In this document: piece after piece, positions 18,880-28,312 of the stretch | How positions within the stretch are numbered: position 1 is the stretch's first letter | Layout: each line of letters starts with the position of its first letter | Assembly (NCBI GenBank): GCA_963769425.1 | Contig: CAVYLP010000003.1 | Location: 224,001 to 288,000, forward strand | From: Candidatus Bathyarchaeota archaeon | Lineage (GTDB): Archaea; Thermoproteota; Bathyarchaeia; TCS64 | DNA length: 64,000 bases | Direction of reading: 5' to 3' | The notes under the pieces: generated by a model | Told to the model about the DNA's origin: nothing | Database searches by the model: none | Seen by the model: only the letters and a program-made list of their open reading frames with translations | Program-made: the position numbers and the translations under genes

Positions 18880-19886
18880 TGCGTGTTCTTCTCCTTACCC
18901 CACTCTGTTCCTATGTATGTTACCTGTGGAGCGGTCTTCGGGTAGGTCGTCATCCTTACGGCTTTCCTCATGCGGATGAGCCTCTTGGGAGTTCCCTGGA
19001 CGCTTCCCTTTATGACGACGTATTCGCTCTTGATTGGGCCGTATCTGTTGAAGCCGCCTGCGGGGGATACTTTGTTGCTGTCGTTGCCGAGTAGTAGGAT
19101 GCGTTTGTTGAAGTCGACGCGCTGGTGGCTTCCCATCTGGCCTGCGCGTGCTACGTGTGGGTGGATTGTCCTAGGGGCGACTGGTGCGATTGAGGCGACG
19201 CTCCTGACGGATTTACGGGACTTGTTCTGTTGGATGCGGACTCCGAATCTTTTGACTGGGCCCTGGAATCCTTTGCCCTTTGTGACTCCGGAGAGGTCGA
19301 TAGATTCACCGGGCTTGAAGACCTGTGAGGCTGACACGGTTTTACCGAGCAGTCCCTTGGCGTACTCAAGTTGCTGGTCGATGCTTCCGCCGCCGACCTT
19401 TATCTCGACGAGGTCGGGCGTGTTCTTCGCCATAGAGGCAAGCTTGGGCTGCGTGGCAGCTAGGATCCTGATCTCCTTAGCCTTGTCGATGGAGGAGGCG
19501 AGTTTCTCAAGCTCCTTTGCGGTGTCGGAGGTCTTCTTGATCTTTGTCGCCCTGATGAGATCCTTTGTGGGATCGGTCATCCAGGCCTCCGTAATGACCT
19601 TGTAGCCGTCGTATGTAGCTCGGTAGGAGCGTATGGCGCATACAAGCATCGGTGGGGCCTCGATAACGGTTGCCGCGACCTTTACTTCTTGTCCGAACTC
19701 GGGGACCTTTGCCCTGTCCTCTAACTGATATAGGTGGGTCATCCCCGCCTTGTAACCTGCGAAGCCTAGGAGCTGGGGACCTTCTGTGACCTCCGGCCAA
19801 TGCTGGATGCGTCCATTAAAATGGCTTGCCCTGCGTCTAGGATAGAATGACTTTGATCCTTTTCTAGGTGAACGTGGCCTAGGCAT
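18876..19886 (-). CDS. rpl3: Ribosomal protein uL3
   Basis: GFAGYKAGMTH, TKGKGFQGPVKRFG, RAGQMG. Confidence 0.97.
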   Translation of the reverse strand: MPRPRSPRKGSKSFYPRRRASHFNGRIQHWPEVTEGPQLLGFAGYKAGMTHLYQLEDRAKVPEFGQEVKVAATVIEAPPMLVCAIRSYRATYDGYKVITEAWMTDPTKDLIRATKIKKTSDTAKELEKLASSIDKAKEIRILAATQPKLASMAKNTPDLVEIKVGGGSIDQQLEYAKGLLGKTVSASQVFKPGESIDLSGVTKGKGFQGPVKRFGVRIQQNKSRKSVRSVASIAPVAPRTIHPHVARAGQMGSHQRVDFNKRILLLGNDSNKVSPAGGFNRYGPIKSEYVVIKGSVQGTPKRLIRMRKAVRMTTYPKTAPQVTYIGTEWGKEKNTQ

Positions 19887-20007
19887 CGTAGCCTCTCCTT
19901 ACTTTTATTAGCTGTATGGAATCAGCGAGTCTTGCATTTAAATGATTCGTATATTATGTTACAATCCACTTTATCGCCTCTTTTGGGTGGAGGTGGCTTG
20001 TATGTGT

Positions 20008-20625
20008 TTATTTTGGTTGTTTATGCTCGTTTTCGGCCCTTTTGGGGTATGGGCAAACATCGTTTAGCGGGCATTCGTGGCATTTAGGGTTGAGTGCCCG
20101 GCACACGTCTCGCCCGAACTGGATGAGCTTGATGTGGGTATCGAGGAACTTGTTTGGAGTAGTGGCATCCTCTAACGTCAATCGGATAGTGTCGTAGCCG
20201 GCGTTGCTTGGTACAAGCTCCAATCTCTTCGCTATCCTTGCTATGTGGCGATCGACGGGGAGGACGTCCTTCCCGGCGTTGAAGAGCAGGACGACGTCCG
20301 CGGTCTTCTCGCCCACACCCGGGAGGGACATGAGCGCCTCACGAGCCTCGGGGTAAGGCTTAGCGACGACTGCTGAAAGATCACCGTCATAGAGTTCCAG
20401 GACCTTCTCCGATACCTGCTTAATGGTTCTACTCCGCTGGTTGTACATCCCGGCGGGCCTGATGGCGTTGGCTATATCCGATTGGCTTGCCCTCGATAGG
20501 TTTCGCGGAGTGACGCCGACGCTCTCTTCTAGTCGCCTGTAGGCCGTTTCCTCGTTTCTCCAGTTGGTGTTCTGGCTTAGAATCGTCCTGATGAGAGACT
20601 TGAAAACGTCACCACCGCTGGGCAT
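20008..20625 (-). CDS. nth: Endonuclease III (HhH-GPD, 4Fe-4S); start may lie slightly upstream
   Basis: ILSQNT, LPGVGEKTA, PVDRH, C-x6-C-x2-C-x5-C. Confidence 0.92.
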   Translation of the reverse strand: MPSGGDVFKSLIRTILSQNTNWRNEETAYRRLEESVGVTPRNLSRASQSDIANAIRPAGMYNQRSRTIKQVSEKVLELYDGDLSAVVAKPYPEAREALMSLPGVGEKTADVVLLFNAGKDVLPVDRHIARIAKRLELVPSNAGYDTIRLTLEDATTPNKFLDTHIKLIQFGRDVCRALNPKCHECPLNDVCPYPKRAENEHKQPK

Positions 20626-20668
20626 CCAGCGCCGAGGGTAGAGCTCCTGGACCCTTAGGAGGGCCTTC

Positions 20669-21913
20669 TCAGCCCTCTTCGTCCTCGTCTTCGTCGTCTG
20701 TGTCAGGGTCTCCCACTACCTCTTCGGGGTCCTCTATCGGCTCGATTATAACGGGTGGCTCGACTGGTTCCAGTGGCCTGTCCTTAAGGTCCTTGATCTT
20801 CCACGCGATTAAATCCAGTAGTCCGTTGAGGTTTGTTCTCTTGTCTGCTGATACGGTCGTCCATGGTATGTCGTAGTGGTCGAGGCTTAGCTCTTCCTCG
20901 ATGTTTTTCACTGTGTCTGCTGGCGCCTTGTCCACCTTGTTGAATACGAGGATGACGCGCTCTGTCGGGACGCCGATGTCGCGTAGCAGGCTGATTCCTT
21001 CGCTGAGTTTGAGCTGTAGGGTGAGCGGTGGGTCGGTTATCTCGAATAGCAGGATGACGACGTCGGCGCTTCTTATGTCCTCGAAGTTGATCTGGAAGCT
21101 CTTTATTAGGCGGTGGTCGAGGTCGAGTACGAAGCCAATCGTGTCGATGAACATGACGGTTGTTTCGGGGTCGATGTACCGTTTCGAGTATTTGCTGCTG
21201 AGTGTTGTGAATGGGCGGTCGCTTACTGGTTTGTGTTCGCCGGTCAGTGCGTTGAATAGGCTGGTCTTCCCAGCGTTGTAGTAGCCAGCGATGCATATCG
21301 TGGGGTAACCTAGCTTCTTGCGGTTCTCTATCTGTTGTTTCTTCTCGACGACCATAGCTTGTATGTTTTCCTTGATGTCTGACTGGCGTCTCGATATCTC
21401 CCTTAGTTGTCCGCGGAAGCCGTACTCGCCGCCGCTGTGGAAGAAGGGGCGGTCGTGGGTGAAATGTATGTTTGCTGAGAGCTTGTAGAAGGGCGCGAGC
21501 TTTTCGAGCCTAGCGGACTCGATCTGTAGCTTGCTGAGGTTGTCCGATGCCATCTGGTCGAATATCTCGAGCGTCAACTCATATCGATCGATGACATCGC
21601 AGGCCGTTCCCTGTATAAGGTTGAGTTTCTGGCTACTCTTGAGCAGGTTGTAGAAGACTACGAGTTGAACGTCGTGTTTCTCCGCCTGTCTCTTGATCTC
21701 GCCGACTTTTCCCTTGCCTATGCAGTATTTCTCGAAGGGGCGGTATCGAGTTTGGACTACTTCGCCGACGACCTCTATTCCGAGTGCTTGGACGAGTGCT
21801 TTTAATTCGTCAAGTCTGACTCGATAGACCTTGTGGTCGTGGACGTTTGTTTTTAGCATGACGATAATGGCTCGTCCCTTGAGGGCGTCCCTTGGTCGGA
21901 CTTCTTCAGGCAA
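20669..21913 (-). CDS. hflX: GTPase HflX
   Basis: GKGK, IFDQMA..KLQIE, GYYNAGKT, PFTTL, DTIGF, NKVD. Confidence 0.92.
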   Translation of the reverse strand: MPEEVRPRDALKGRAIIVMLKTNVHDHKVYRVRLDELKALVQALGIEVVGEVVQTRYRPFEKYCIGKGKVGEIKRQAEKHDVQLVVFYNLLKSSQKLNLIQGTACDVIDRYELTLEIFDQMASDNLSKLQIESARLEKLAPFYKLSANIHFTHDRPFFHSGGEYGFRGQLREISRRQSDIKENIQAMVVEKKQQIENRKKLGYPTICIAGYYNAGKTSLFNALTGEHKPVSDRPFTTLSSKYSKRYIDPETTVMFIDTIGFVLDLDHRLIKSFQINFEDIRSADVVILLFEITDPPLTLQLKLSEGISLLRDIGVPTERVILVFNKVDKAPADTVKNIEEELSLDHYDIPWTTVSADKRTNLNGLLDLIAWKIKDLKDRPLEPVEPPVIIEPIEDPEEVVGDPDTDDEDEDEEG

Positions 21914-22281
21914 TGTTTGTGTAGTGGTGTTGGTGAACGTTTCTTAAAAAGCATCCATCGCTCAGCGAGTTGGACATTTATTACATCTTTATGTAATAGG
22001 TCGTAAATTTGTTTAGCCAAACTTTTATTTGAGATATTTTAAAACTTCTTTTCCGTGTAAAGAAATTATTGGCGCGTGTATAAGATTACCTCCTTCCCCC
22101 TCGTTATTTTTAGTTGTTTCACAATCCAGTATCTATTGATAAAATATTTCAAGTCTATGAAGGATATATGGAATCATTAGAAAGGATATCTGGTAATCTC
22201 ATGCTACCTTTGCATTTTCGCTCATCTGATTATACTCCGTGTCCAGAAGCTAATGGAAACAATCGGGAAATTAGAGGTAGT

Positions 22282-23502
22282 CTAGTATGTAGTGTGAATA
22301 TGGGAGTTCCACTTTGGAAATATAATTTCGATGATCTGCCTATACTCGGGCTTAATCATGACATCAGGATACTCTACCTCTAATTCGTCTATGCTTCGGT
22401 AGCCGAGGAGCATCTTAGGGAAAACGCGAGGGTTCACCCTGATATCCTCTCTCTGCTCACTCTGGCTTTGATCGACTTTTACGACGATGCCGTTCTCGAA
22501 TGTCAATGTAATGGTGAAAACGTAGAGGTTGAGCGGGATTGAGCCTGTGTATCCATGTAGAGGAGAGCGTTTGATCCTTTCTTTGAACACCTGCTTGATC
22601 TTCTCTAGGAGTTGTATATAGTTGATAACCTTCATCTGCCATGCGTATGGACGTCTCTTCGAGGCGCTGAGATCAAAGAGATACTTGCTGAACGGCTCGC
22701 TGTATCCCTCACGAGAGACGAGTCCAGTCGCTCCGTTTTCTTCGCCAAGTCTTCGGAGGAACGCTGCGATCATCGCGGATGTGGCCTTGTTTGCTTCCGT
22801 AATCTCGTGTAGGAGAACAGCCTTTCCCTCGATGCCTGCTCTAAAATAGGCGATAATTTCGTCACTAATCCTCACGGCGTAGGTTGTGCTCTTATGCTCC
22901 CCGACGATTCCAGCTTTCTCCTGTGTTGCCCACTCCCGGGGGCTCCTCATGCTGTGAATCAGATACTTTCTCTGAGACGTTTCGAGGAGGTTCATGGCCA
23001 CTGGAATCTCATCAGGCTGTAGGGGGGAGATATTGGATGTCGTTTGAGTCGGTAATTTAGCTAGGGGGATCGTCACCCCCTCGTCTAGCGTCACCGAGTA
23101 CTCATACCCGAACTGTCTATAGAAGTAAGGTATCCCCTCAATCGCCGCGAGGTCGTACCCGTCCTCCCGGGTGCGTTTATCGAACTTCGCGTTGAGCAGT
23201 CTCTGGAGCCCCCTATGCCTATAATCGGGATGTGTGGCGACAAGCCCCATCTCAGCTACACTGAGGGGTACGTCCCCGAGGCTCCAAGTCATCGGTATCA
23301 GGTTCAGCGTCGCCACCATCCTGTCGCCATCCCAGAGTGAGAAGAAGTTGCGAGGGGTCATCCCGGGATGAGTATCGTAGAGGCGCCTGCCTAGGACATC
23401 TACCCCCTCATTGGGGAACGCGAGACGCAGCAATGAGGCGTACTTTTCGAGGGCGTGCTCGCCTTCGATATAGCTGAACTTGTATTGGGTCGTCCCGGGC
23501 AC
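22282..23502 (-). CDS. GNAT acetyltransferase, Eis-like architecture
   Basis: VATHPDYRHRG, FYRQFGY; SCP2-like C-terminus. Confidence 0.8.
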   Translation of the reverse strand: MPGTTQYKFSYIEGEHALEKYASLLRLAFPNEGVDVLGRRLYDTHPGMTPRNFFSLWDGDRMVATLNLIPMTWSLGDVPLSVAEMGLVATHPDYRHRGLQRLLNAKFDKRTREDGYDLAAIEGIPYFYRQFGYEYSVTLDEGVTIPLAKLPTQTTSNISPLQPDEIPVAMNLLETSQRKYLIHSMRSPREWATQEKAGIVGEHKSTTYAVRISDEIIAYFRAGIEGKAVLLHEITEANKATSAMIAAFLRRLGEENGATGLVSREGYSEPFSKYLFDLSASKRRPYAWQMKVINYIQLLEKIKQVFKERIKRSPLHGYTGSIPLNLYVFTITLTFENGIVVKVDQSQSEQREDIRVNPRVFPKMLLGYRSIDELEVEYPDVMIKPEYRQIIEIIFPKWNSHIHTTY

Positions 23503-23527
23503 CGAATACGCTGAGGTGGGTCCGAGT

Positions 23528-24781
23528 TTAAGCCTTTATCAATTCATTGACCCTGTCGAGGAGCCTTCTCGCTATCTCCTTCTTCGATGTGAGGGCGATA
23601 TGGAGGACATCCCGCTTCGGGTCAATTATGTAGACCTCGTTCGTGTCGACGTTGAAGCCACGGTTCTCCTTGGAGACGTCGTTGGCGACTATGAGGTTCA
23701 TCTTCATCTCCTTGAGGCGCTTGTAGCTCCTCTCGATCAACTCCTCCTCGGTAATGTCATACTCGGCCTTGAAGCCAACGAGGAAGACCTTCGGATCGGC
23801 CTTCTTGACCTCGGCTATCACCTTGGGGAGGGCTTTGAGTTTGAGGGTCCACTCCCCCTGGTTAGAAGGGGTCTTCTCCATTTTCCTGTCTGCGGGTCCC
23901 CAGTCGGAGGCTGCTGCGGATAGTATGGCGGCGTCGTACTTCTTCGCCTTTAGCTCGCCGACGACCGCGTTGAGCATCTCCTCCGTTGTCTCAATCTTGA
24001 CGACCTTTGCGTTCGGCGGGGGTTGGGCCGTGGCTGGGCCATAAACTAGGGTGACCTCCGCACCGCGTTCTAGGGCGTCTTCGGCGATGGCTACACCCAT
24101 CTTCCCGGAGCTCGGGTTGGTGATGTAGCGGAAGGCGTCGATATAGGCACGCGTCGGGCCAGCGGTGATTAGGATTCGCTTCCCCTTGAGGTCCTGTAGC
24201 TTCGTCAGCTTCTTGACCACGGCGGCGACGATCTCCTCCGTTCCGGGTATCTTCGCTTTTCCCTCCTCGAATCGGGGCATCAGCACCTCCACGCCTATGC
24301 TTTGGAGTTTGCGGATATTCTCGTTGACTATAGGGTGCTTGTACATACTCGCGTGCATTGCGGGGGCGATTATCACGGGGATGCCCGCACCGATGGCAGT
24401 AGTGAGCAGCGTCGTCACGGGTGTGTCGTCGATGCCCACTGCGACCTTTCCGATCGTGTTGGCGGTGGACGGCGCGACGAGTATGAGGTCCGCGTGTTCA
24501 CTGTGCTCGCCGCCGTATTGAACGTGCTCGATTTCCCCCGTCAACTCGGTTACGACAGGGTTACCCGTTGACCAGTGGAACATATCTGGGTGGACGACGT
24601 GCTCCGCCATCTTCGACATGACCACGTAGACGTCCGCGCCGAGGCGCATCAGCTCCCGAGCGATGTCCGGGCTCCTGATCGCGGCGACGCTACCAGTCAC
24701 GCAGAGTACAATCTTCTTCCCGAGAAGAGCGTGGGACTTCGTCCCGATGATCGACTTAGATGTATGCTCTCCGAATGCCAT
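23528..24781 (-). CDS. coaBC: Bifunctional PPC decarboxylase/PPC synthetase
   Basis: VTGSVAA, APSTAN, APAMH, TAGPT, NPSSGKMG, VGFKAE. Confidence 0.95.
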   Translation of the reverse strand: MAFGEHTSKSIIGTKSHALLGKKIVLCVTGSVAAIRSPDIARELMRLGADVYVVMSKMAEHVVHPDMFHWSTGNPVVTELTGEIEHVQYGGEHSEHADLILVAPSTANTIGKVAVGIDDTPVTTLLTTAIGAGIPVIIAPAMHASMYKHPIVNENIRKLQSIGVEVLMPRFEEGKAKIPGTEEIVAAVVKKLTKLQDLKGKRILITAGPTRAYIDAFRYITNPSSGKMGVAIAEDALERGAEVTLVYGPATAQPPPNAKVVKIETTEEMLNAVVGELKAKKYDAAILSAAASDWGPADRKMEKTPSNQGEWTLKLKALPKVIAEVKKADPKVFLVGFKAEYDITEEELIERSYKRLKEMKMNLIVANDVSKENRGFNVDTNEVYIIDPKRDVLHIALTSKKEIARRLLDRVNELIKA

Positions 24782-24862
24782 CCCAGTCTCATGGCTTACG
24801 GCAACGGGTCTGTCTTTTAACTTTTTACAACAAATCTCCCTTTGGCTCAATTGGGGTGAGGT

Positions 24863-25000
24863 TTAGAGGTTCTCCAGCTTCTCTTCGATCTCGCTAAGGC
24901 GCTCCATGATCTCCTCGAGCTTTTCCTCGATGGTGTCGATCTTGTCGATTAGACCGGCTACCTCGACCTCGAGGTCGTTGACCTTTTTTTCCTGACTCAT
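24863..25000 (-). CDS. 45-aa coiled-coil protein (not in the ORF track)
   Basis: MSQEKKVNDLEVEVAGLIDKIDTIEEKLEEIMERLSEIEEKLENL; TTTATAAA box upstream. Confidence 0.65.
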   Translation of the reverse strand: MSQEKKVNDLEVEVAGLIDKIDTIEEKLEEIMERLSEIEEKLENL

Positions 25001-25070
25001 GCACACTAGTCTCCGGTTCTGCGTTGATTGGCTCTCTTTATAAATTTAACTGGGTTAGGGTCGGCTGCGG

Positions 25071-25568
25071 CTAAGTGGTCCTCTTTGCGTTTTTGAGGGC
25101 GTCGGTGTACCACTTGGTGTCTTCCTCCGCGTAGCTGGACACGTTGGATCGAAGGGACTTTCCCTCGTTGCTGAGGATCACGACCTCCTTGATCTGGCTG
25201 TTCATTATCTTGCGGCGGCAGCGCTGGCAGGGGACAGCCATCGTTAGTTTGCCGTCCCTGTCCTTGCCTGCTATATAGAGTGTGGCTCCGATGCGGTCCG
25301 AGCGGTTGCTGTTGATTATGGCGTTCTCCTCCGCGTGGACGGCGGGGCAGTAGTCATACGCGGCGCCCTGCGGTGACTCCATCTCGTCCTTTATGCAACC
25401 GACCTCGTAGCAGTTTACGACGCCCCTTGCGGTGCCGTTGTAGCCGGTCCCCACGATGGTGCTGTCCTTCACGATGACCGCCCCAAACTTACGCCTCGTG
25501 CACGTTGAGCGCTCCGCAACGCTGAGCGCGATGTCTAGGAAATACCTATCCTTATCCGGCCGATCCAT
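25071..25568 (-). CDS. dCMP deaminase / ComEB family Zn deaminase
   Basis: RSTC..GYNG..HAEENAI..PCQRC. Confidence 0.9.
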   Translation of the reverse strand: MDRPDKDRYFLDIALSVAERSTCTRRKFGAVIVKDSTIVGTGYNGTARGVVNCYEVGCIKDEMESPQGAAYDYCPAVHAEENAIINSNRSDRIGATLYIAGKDRDGKLTMAVPCQRCRRKIMNSQIKEVVILSNEGKSLRSNVSSYAEEDTKWYTDALKNAKRTT

Positions 25569-25635
25569 GGCTGAAGAATCGGAGGTTCGGATAAAAAGCC
25601 TTCCAGCCACCGGCGGAAAACGTTTATCGCTTAAC

Positions 25636-25748
25636 CCCTCCCCCGAGTACTCAGGCGGGCGATGATGACTTTGCCCTTCTGAATCCGTGATGAGGATCTT
25701 GAGTTTGGAGCCCGCCGCTCACAACCTTCATAACATGAGTCGGGGAGA
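25636..25748 (+). ncRNA. C/D-box-like small RNA
   Basis: Stem GGCGGGC/GCCCGCC, C box ATGATGA, D' CTGA, C' GTGATGA, non-canonical D; outer helix; promoter-like GGCGGAAAACGTTTATC immediately upstream. Confidence 0.6.
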
Positions 25749-25769
25749 CTGTATCCACGGTGAAAGAAT

Positions 25770-25952
25770 ATGCCGTGGATAGAGGTCAAATGGTACGCCG
25801 GTAGGGACAAGGCCACGAAGGCCAAGACTATGGAGCTGCTAACGAAGGCGATGTGCGAGGCCGTTGGGTGCAAGCCCGAGGCAGTCAGCGTCGTCTTCTA
25901 CGACGTCGAGAAGTACAACTGGGGCAGCGCCGGGAAGCCCTACGGCAATTAG
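25770..25952 (+). CDS. 4-oxalocrotonate tautomerase family protein
   Basis: Catalytic Pro-1, GR..K, VSVVF..WG.AG. Confidence 0.88.
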   Translation: MPWIEVKWYAGRDKATKAKTMELLTKAMCEAVGCKPEAVSVVFYDVEKYNWGSAGKPYGN

Positions 25953-27554
25953 TCCGGCTAACTCCCTCTTTTTAACCGCGTTCTCCAGCTCGGAGATCAC
26001 GCTCTCTTTTCCGATAAGCGAGATGTATGGTCCGAGCCTGGGTCCCTGGCTTTTTCCGAGCAGAACCCTGTAGACAATGGGGAAGACGTCCCGCGGCTTC
26101 AGGCCGTTCTCCTTCGCCGCGTTGAAGGCCACGCTCTGTATCTCCTCCGGCGTGTTCGCCTTCCTCAACTCAGCTATGACTGCCTTCACAATCATGGCTT
26201 CGGGTTCGGTTAGTGTAATCTCTGGGAGCTCTTCGGCGAAGTCCTCCACCCAGTTCATGGCGTAGCCTATCCGCTTCGAGAGCCCGTTCTCGGTCTTGTC
26301 TAGGTATCCGTACTCCCTGAGCTTCGACGTGATGAACTCGACCTCCGAGCCCCTCGGGGCGAGGCGCGCGAGCTTCAGCACGAGGTTGTAAGGGACATGT
26401 ACCTCAGGTTCCTTCGGGGGCTTTAGCATCCAGCAGTACTCGAATAAGCCGGATGACTGCGCCTTCTCCATCTCGTTCAAGGTCTTTGCCTTCCCAAAGA
26501 AGGCGTCCTCAGTGTCGTCGAGCTCGTCCATGTGGGTGGGTATGTCCTCGACGCTCCCGTTCTTCGTGCCGACGAAGCGCTTGAAGATGAGGAGATTGAG
26601 GGACTGGGGCGAACCATAGTGGTACCATACCTGCGGGGTGAATACGTTGCCAGCGGACTTGCTGATCTTCTTTCCGCCGCGGTCGGTGAACATCTCGTAC
26701 TGGACATGCATGGGCGGCTCCCAGCCGAGTATCTCGCGACATATCCTGTCGTTGACGCGTACACTGTCGGCGATGTCCTTGCCGTATGCCTCGAAGCGTA
26801 TGTCGAGGGCCCTCCAACGGGCGGCGAATTCTACCTTCCAGCTGAGCTTCCCATTGCCTGTGAGTATGTCTACCTCGCCCTTGTGGCCACAACCCTCCAG
26901 CCAGTTGCCGCGTACCTCCATCCCGTTGCACTCGTACTCGATAGTGTGGGACTCGGGGTGGTACTTCGTGGCGTGTGTGGTGTAGATTCGCCCGCACTTC
27001 TCGCAGACGACGAAGTAGGGGAGCTCCTCCGTGTACTTCTCTTGACCGATCTCGTCCTCGATGATCTTCCCAACCTTCTCGTGGTTGTTCATGATGGCGA
27101 GGATCTCATCGTCGAAGACGCCCTGCTTGTAGCACTCGAAGCCGCTCATGAAGTGGTAGTCGGCGCCCGCGGTGTCTAGGGCGGCGAGTAGCTGACTCGT
27201 CATGTGTGCTCCGAAGCTCTTGTGGCACTCGCCAGCTGGGTCAGGGATGGTGCTTACCGAGTAGCCGAGCCACTTCTCTAGTTCTTTAGGGAGCCCCGCG
27301 GGGACCTTCCTGAGACCATCTTTGTCGTCGCTGAATGCGATTAGCTCCGCGTCATATCCCTGGACCCTACAGCCGAGGGCGACAGCGTAGTTACGAAGTG
27401 CGTCGCCGAGGCTCCCGATGTGCGGGAACCCTGAGGCGCCGAGGCCGCTCTCCGTCCTGATAAGCTTTAGGCTTCTGCCGAGCTTCTTCTCCCTTTCTAT
27501 GAGTTCCGAGGCGGCCTTGTCGTACCACGTGCCTTTACCGATGATCTCAGGCAT
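25839..27554 (-). CDS. lysS: Class I lysyl-tRNA synthetase (true stop probably near 25958)
   Basis: GASGFPHIGS, KLSWKVEFAARW, YGKD, KISKS, QGPRLG. Confidence 0.95.
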   Translation of the reverse strand: MPEIIGKGTWYDKAASELIEREKKLGRSLKLIRTESGLGASGFPHIGSLGDALRNYAVALGCRVQGYDAELIAFSDDKDGLRKVPAGLPKELEKWLGYSVSTIPDPAGECHKSFGAHMTSQLLAALDTAGADYHFMSGFECYKQGVFDDEILAIMNNHEKVGKIIEDEIGQEKYTEELPYFVVCEKCGRIYTTHATKYHPESHTIEYECNGMEVRGNWLEGCGHKGEVDILTGNGKLSWKVEFAARWRALDIRFEAYGKDIADSVRVNDRICREILGWEPPMHVQYEMFTDRGGKKISKSAGNVFTPQVWYHYGSPQSLNLLIFKRFVGTKNGSVEDIPTHMDELDDTEDAFFGKAKTLNEMEKAQSSGLFEYCWMLKPPKEPEVHVPYNLVLKLARLAPRGSEVEFITSKLREYGYLDKTENGLSKRIGYAMNWVEDFAEELPEITLTEPEAMIVKAVIAELRKANTPEEIQSVAFNAAKENGLKPRDVFPIVYRVLLGKSQGPRLGPYISLIGKESVISELENAVKKRELAGLIAVGLPGAAPVVLLDVVEDDADCLGLAPNGLAHRLR

Positions 27555-27628
27555 CCATCTCTACCTTCGAATACCTACCATGGATTGTTTTAAAAAGGGT
27601 TCGCCGCCCCGAATCGCTTAAAGGGATA

Positions 27629-28312
27629 GTGGGTGGATCGTTCTCCGTGAAGTCGAAAGAGGGCAGGCCGATCCTGACCTACGTCATCATCGCGGCGTCC
27701 GCGCTCGTGATGCTCCACGAGACGATCCTCCCCGCATCGGCGGCGAGCCTACTCTATGACGAGTACGCCCTCAACCCAAGTTACGTCACCCACGGGATGC
27801 GGATCGTAAGCATCGTCTCATACATGTTCCTCCACGCGGACTGGGTCCACCTGATACTCGACAGTTTCGCGCTCTGGGGGGTCGGGACCATAATGGAGAG
27901 GGAGATCGGCTCAGCGAGGTTCGGGATCGTCTTCCTCGCCTCGGGCGTGGTCGCGGGCCTCTCACACGTCGTTTTAAACTCCGGCTCGACAATCGCCCTC
28001 GTGGGTGCCTCCGGTGCCGTGTTCGGTACCCTCGCGACTCTCTTCCTCCTCAGCCCATTTAAGAAGACCACCATCTTCGTCGTCCCGCTCCCTGCAATCA
28101 TGGTCGGCGTACTCATGGTCTCAGTCGAGCTAGCGAGCTTCGTCTGGGCAAGCGGGACACTCGCAGCCAACGACGTTCAGGTGATCGGCTTCGTGACCGG
28201 CGCTGTACTGTCTTTCTGGATCGACGCGAAGCGGGCGCTGAAGTGGCTTGTCATAGGGGTGGGGGTCGCGATAATTATTTACATGCTCGGGATGTACCTC
28301 GGCGTCATCTGA
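27629..28312 (+). CDS. Rhomboid-family intramembrane protein, catalytic His apparently lost
   Basis: MFLHADWVHL, VGASGAVFG; TM6 reads DVQVIGF instead of xAHxGG. Confidence 0.8.
   Translation: MGGSFSVKSKEGRPILTYVIIAASALVMLHETILPASAASLLYDEYALNPSYVTHGMRIVSIVSYMFLHADWVHLILDSFALWGVGTIMEREIGSARFGIVFLASGVVAGLSHVVLNSGSTIALVGASGAVFGTLATLFLLSPFKKTTIFVVPLPAIMVGVLMVSVELASFVWASGTLAANDVQVIGFVTGAVLSFWIDAKRALKWLVIGVGVAIIIYMLGMYLGVI

Noticed and set aside
21980-21997. Inverted repeat ATTACAT-CTTT-ATGTAAT upstream of hflX
   Set aside because: One 7-bp palindrome in AT-rich DNA could arise by chance; no second copy was seen.
25839-25960. Genuine 114-bp antisense overlap of lysS with the tautomerase gene
   Set aside because: The extension reads as the antisense of the tautomerase; deleting one A in GTTAAAAAG gives a stop before the overlap, matching the window's indel pattern.
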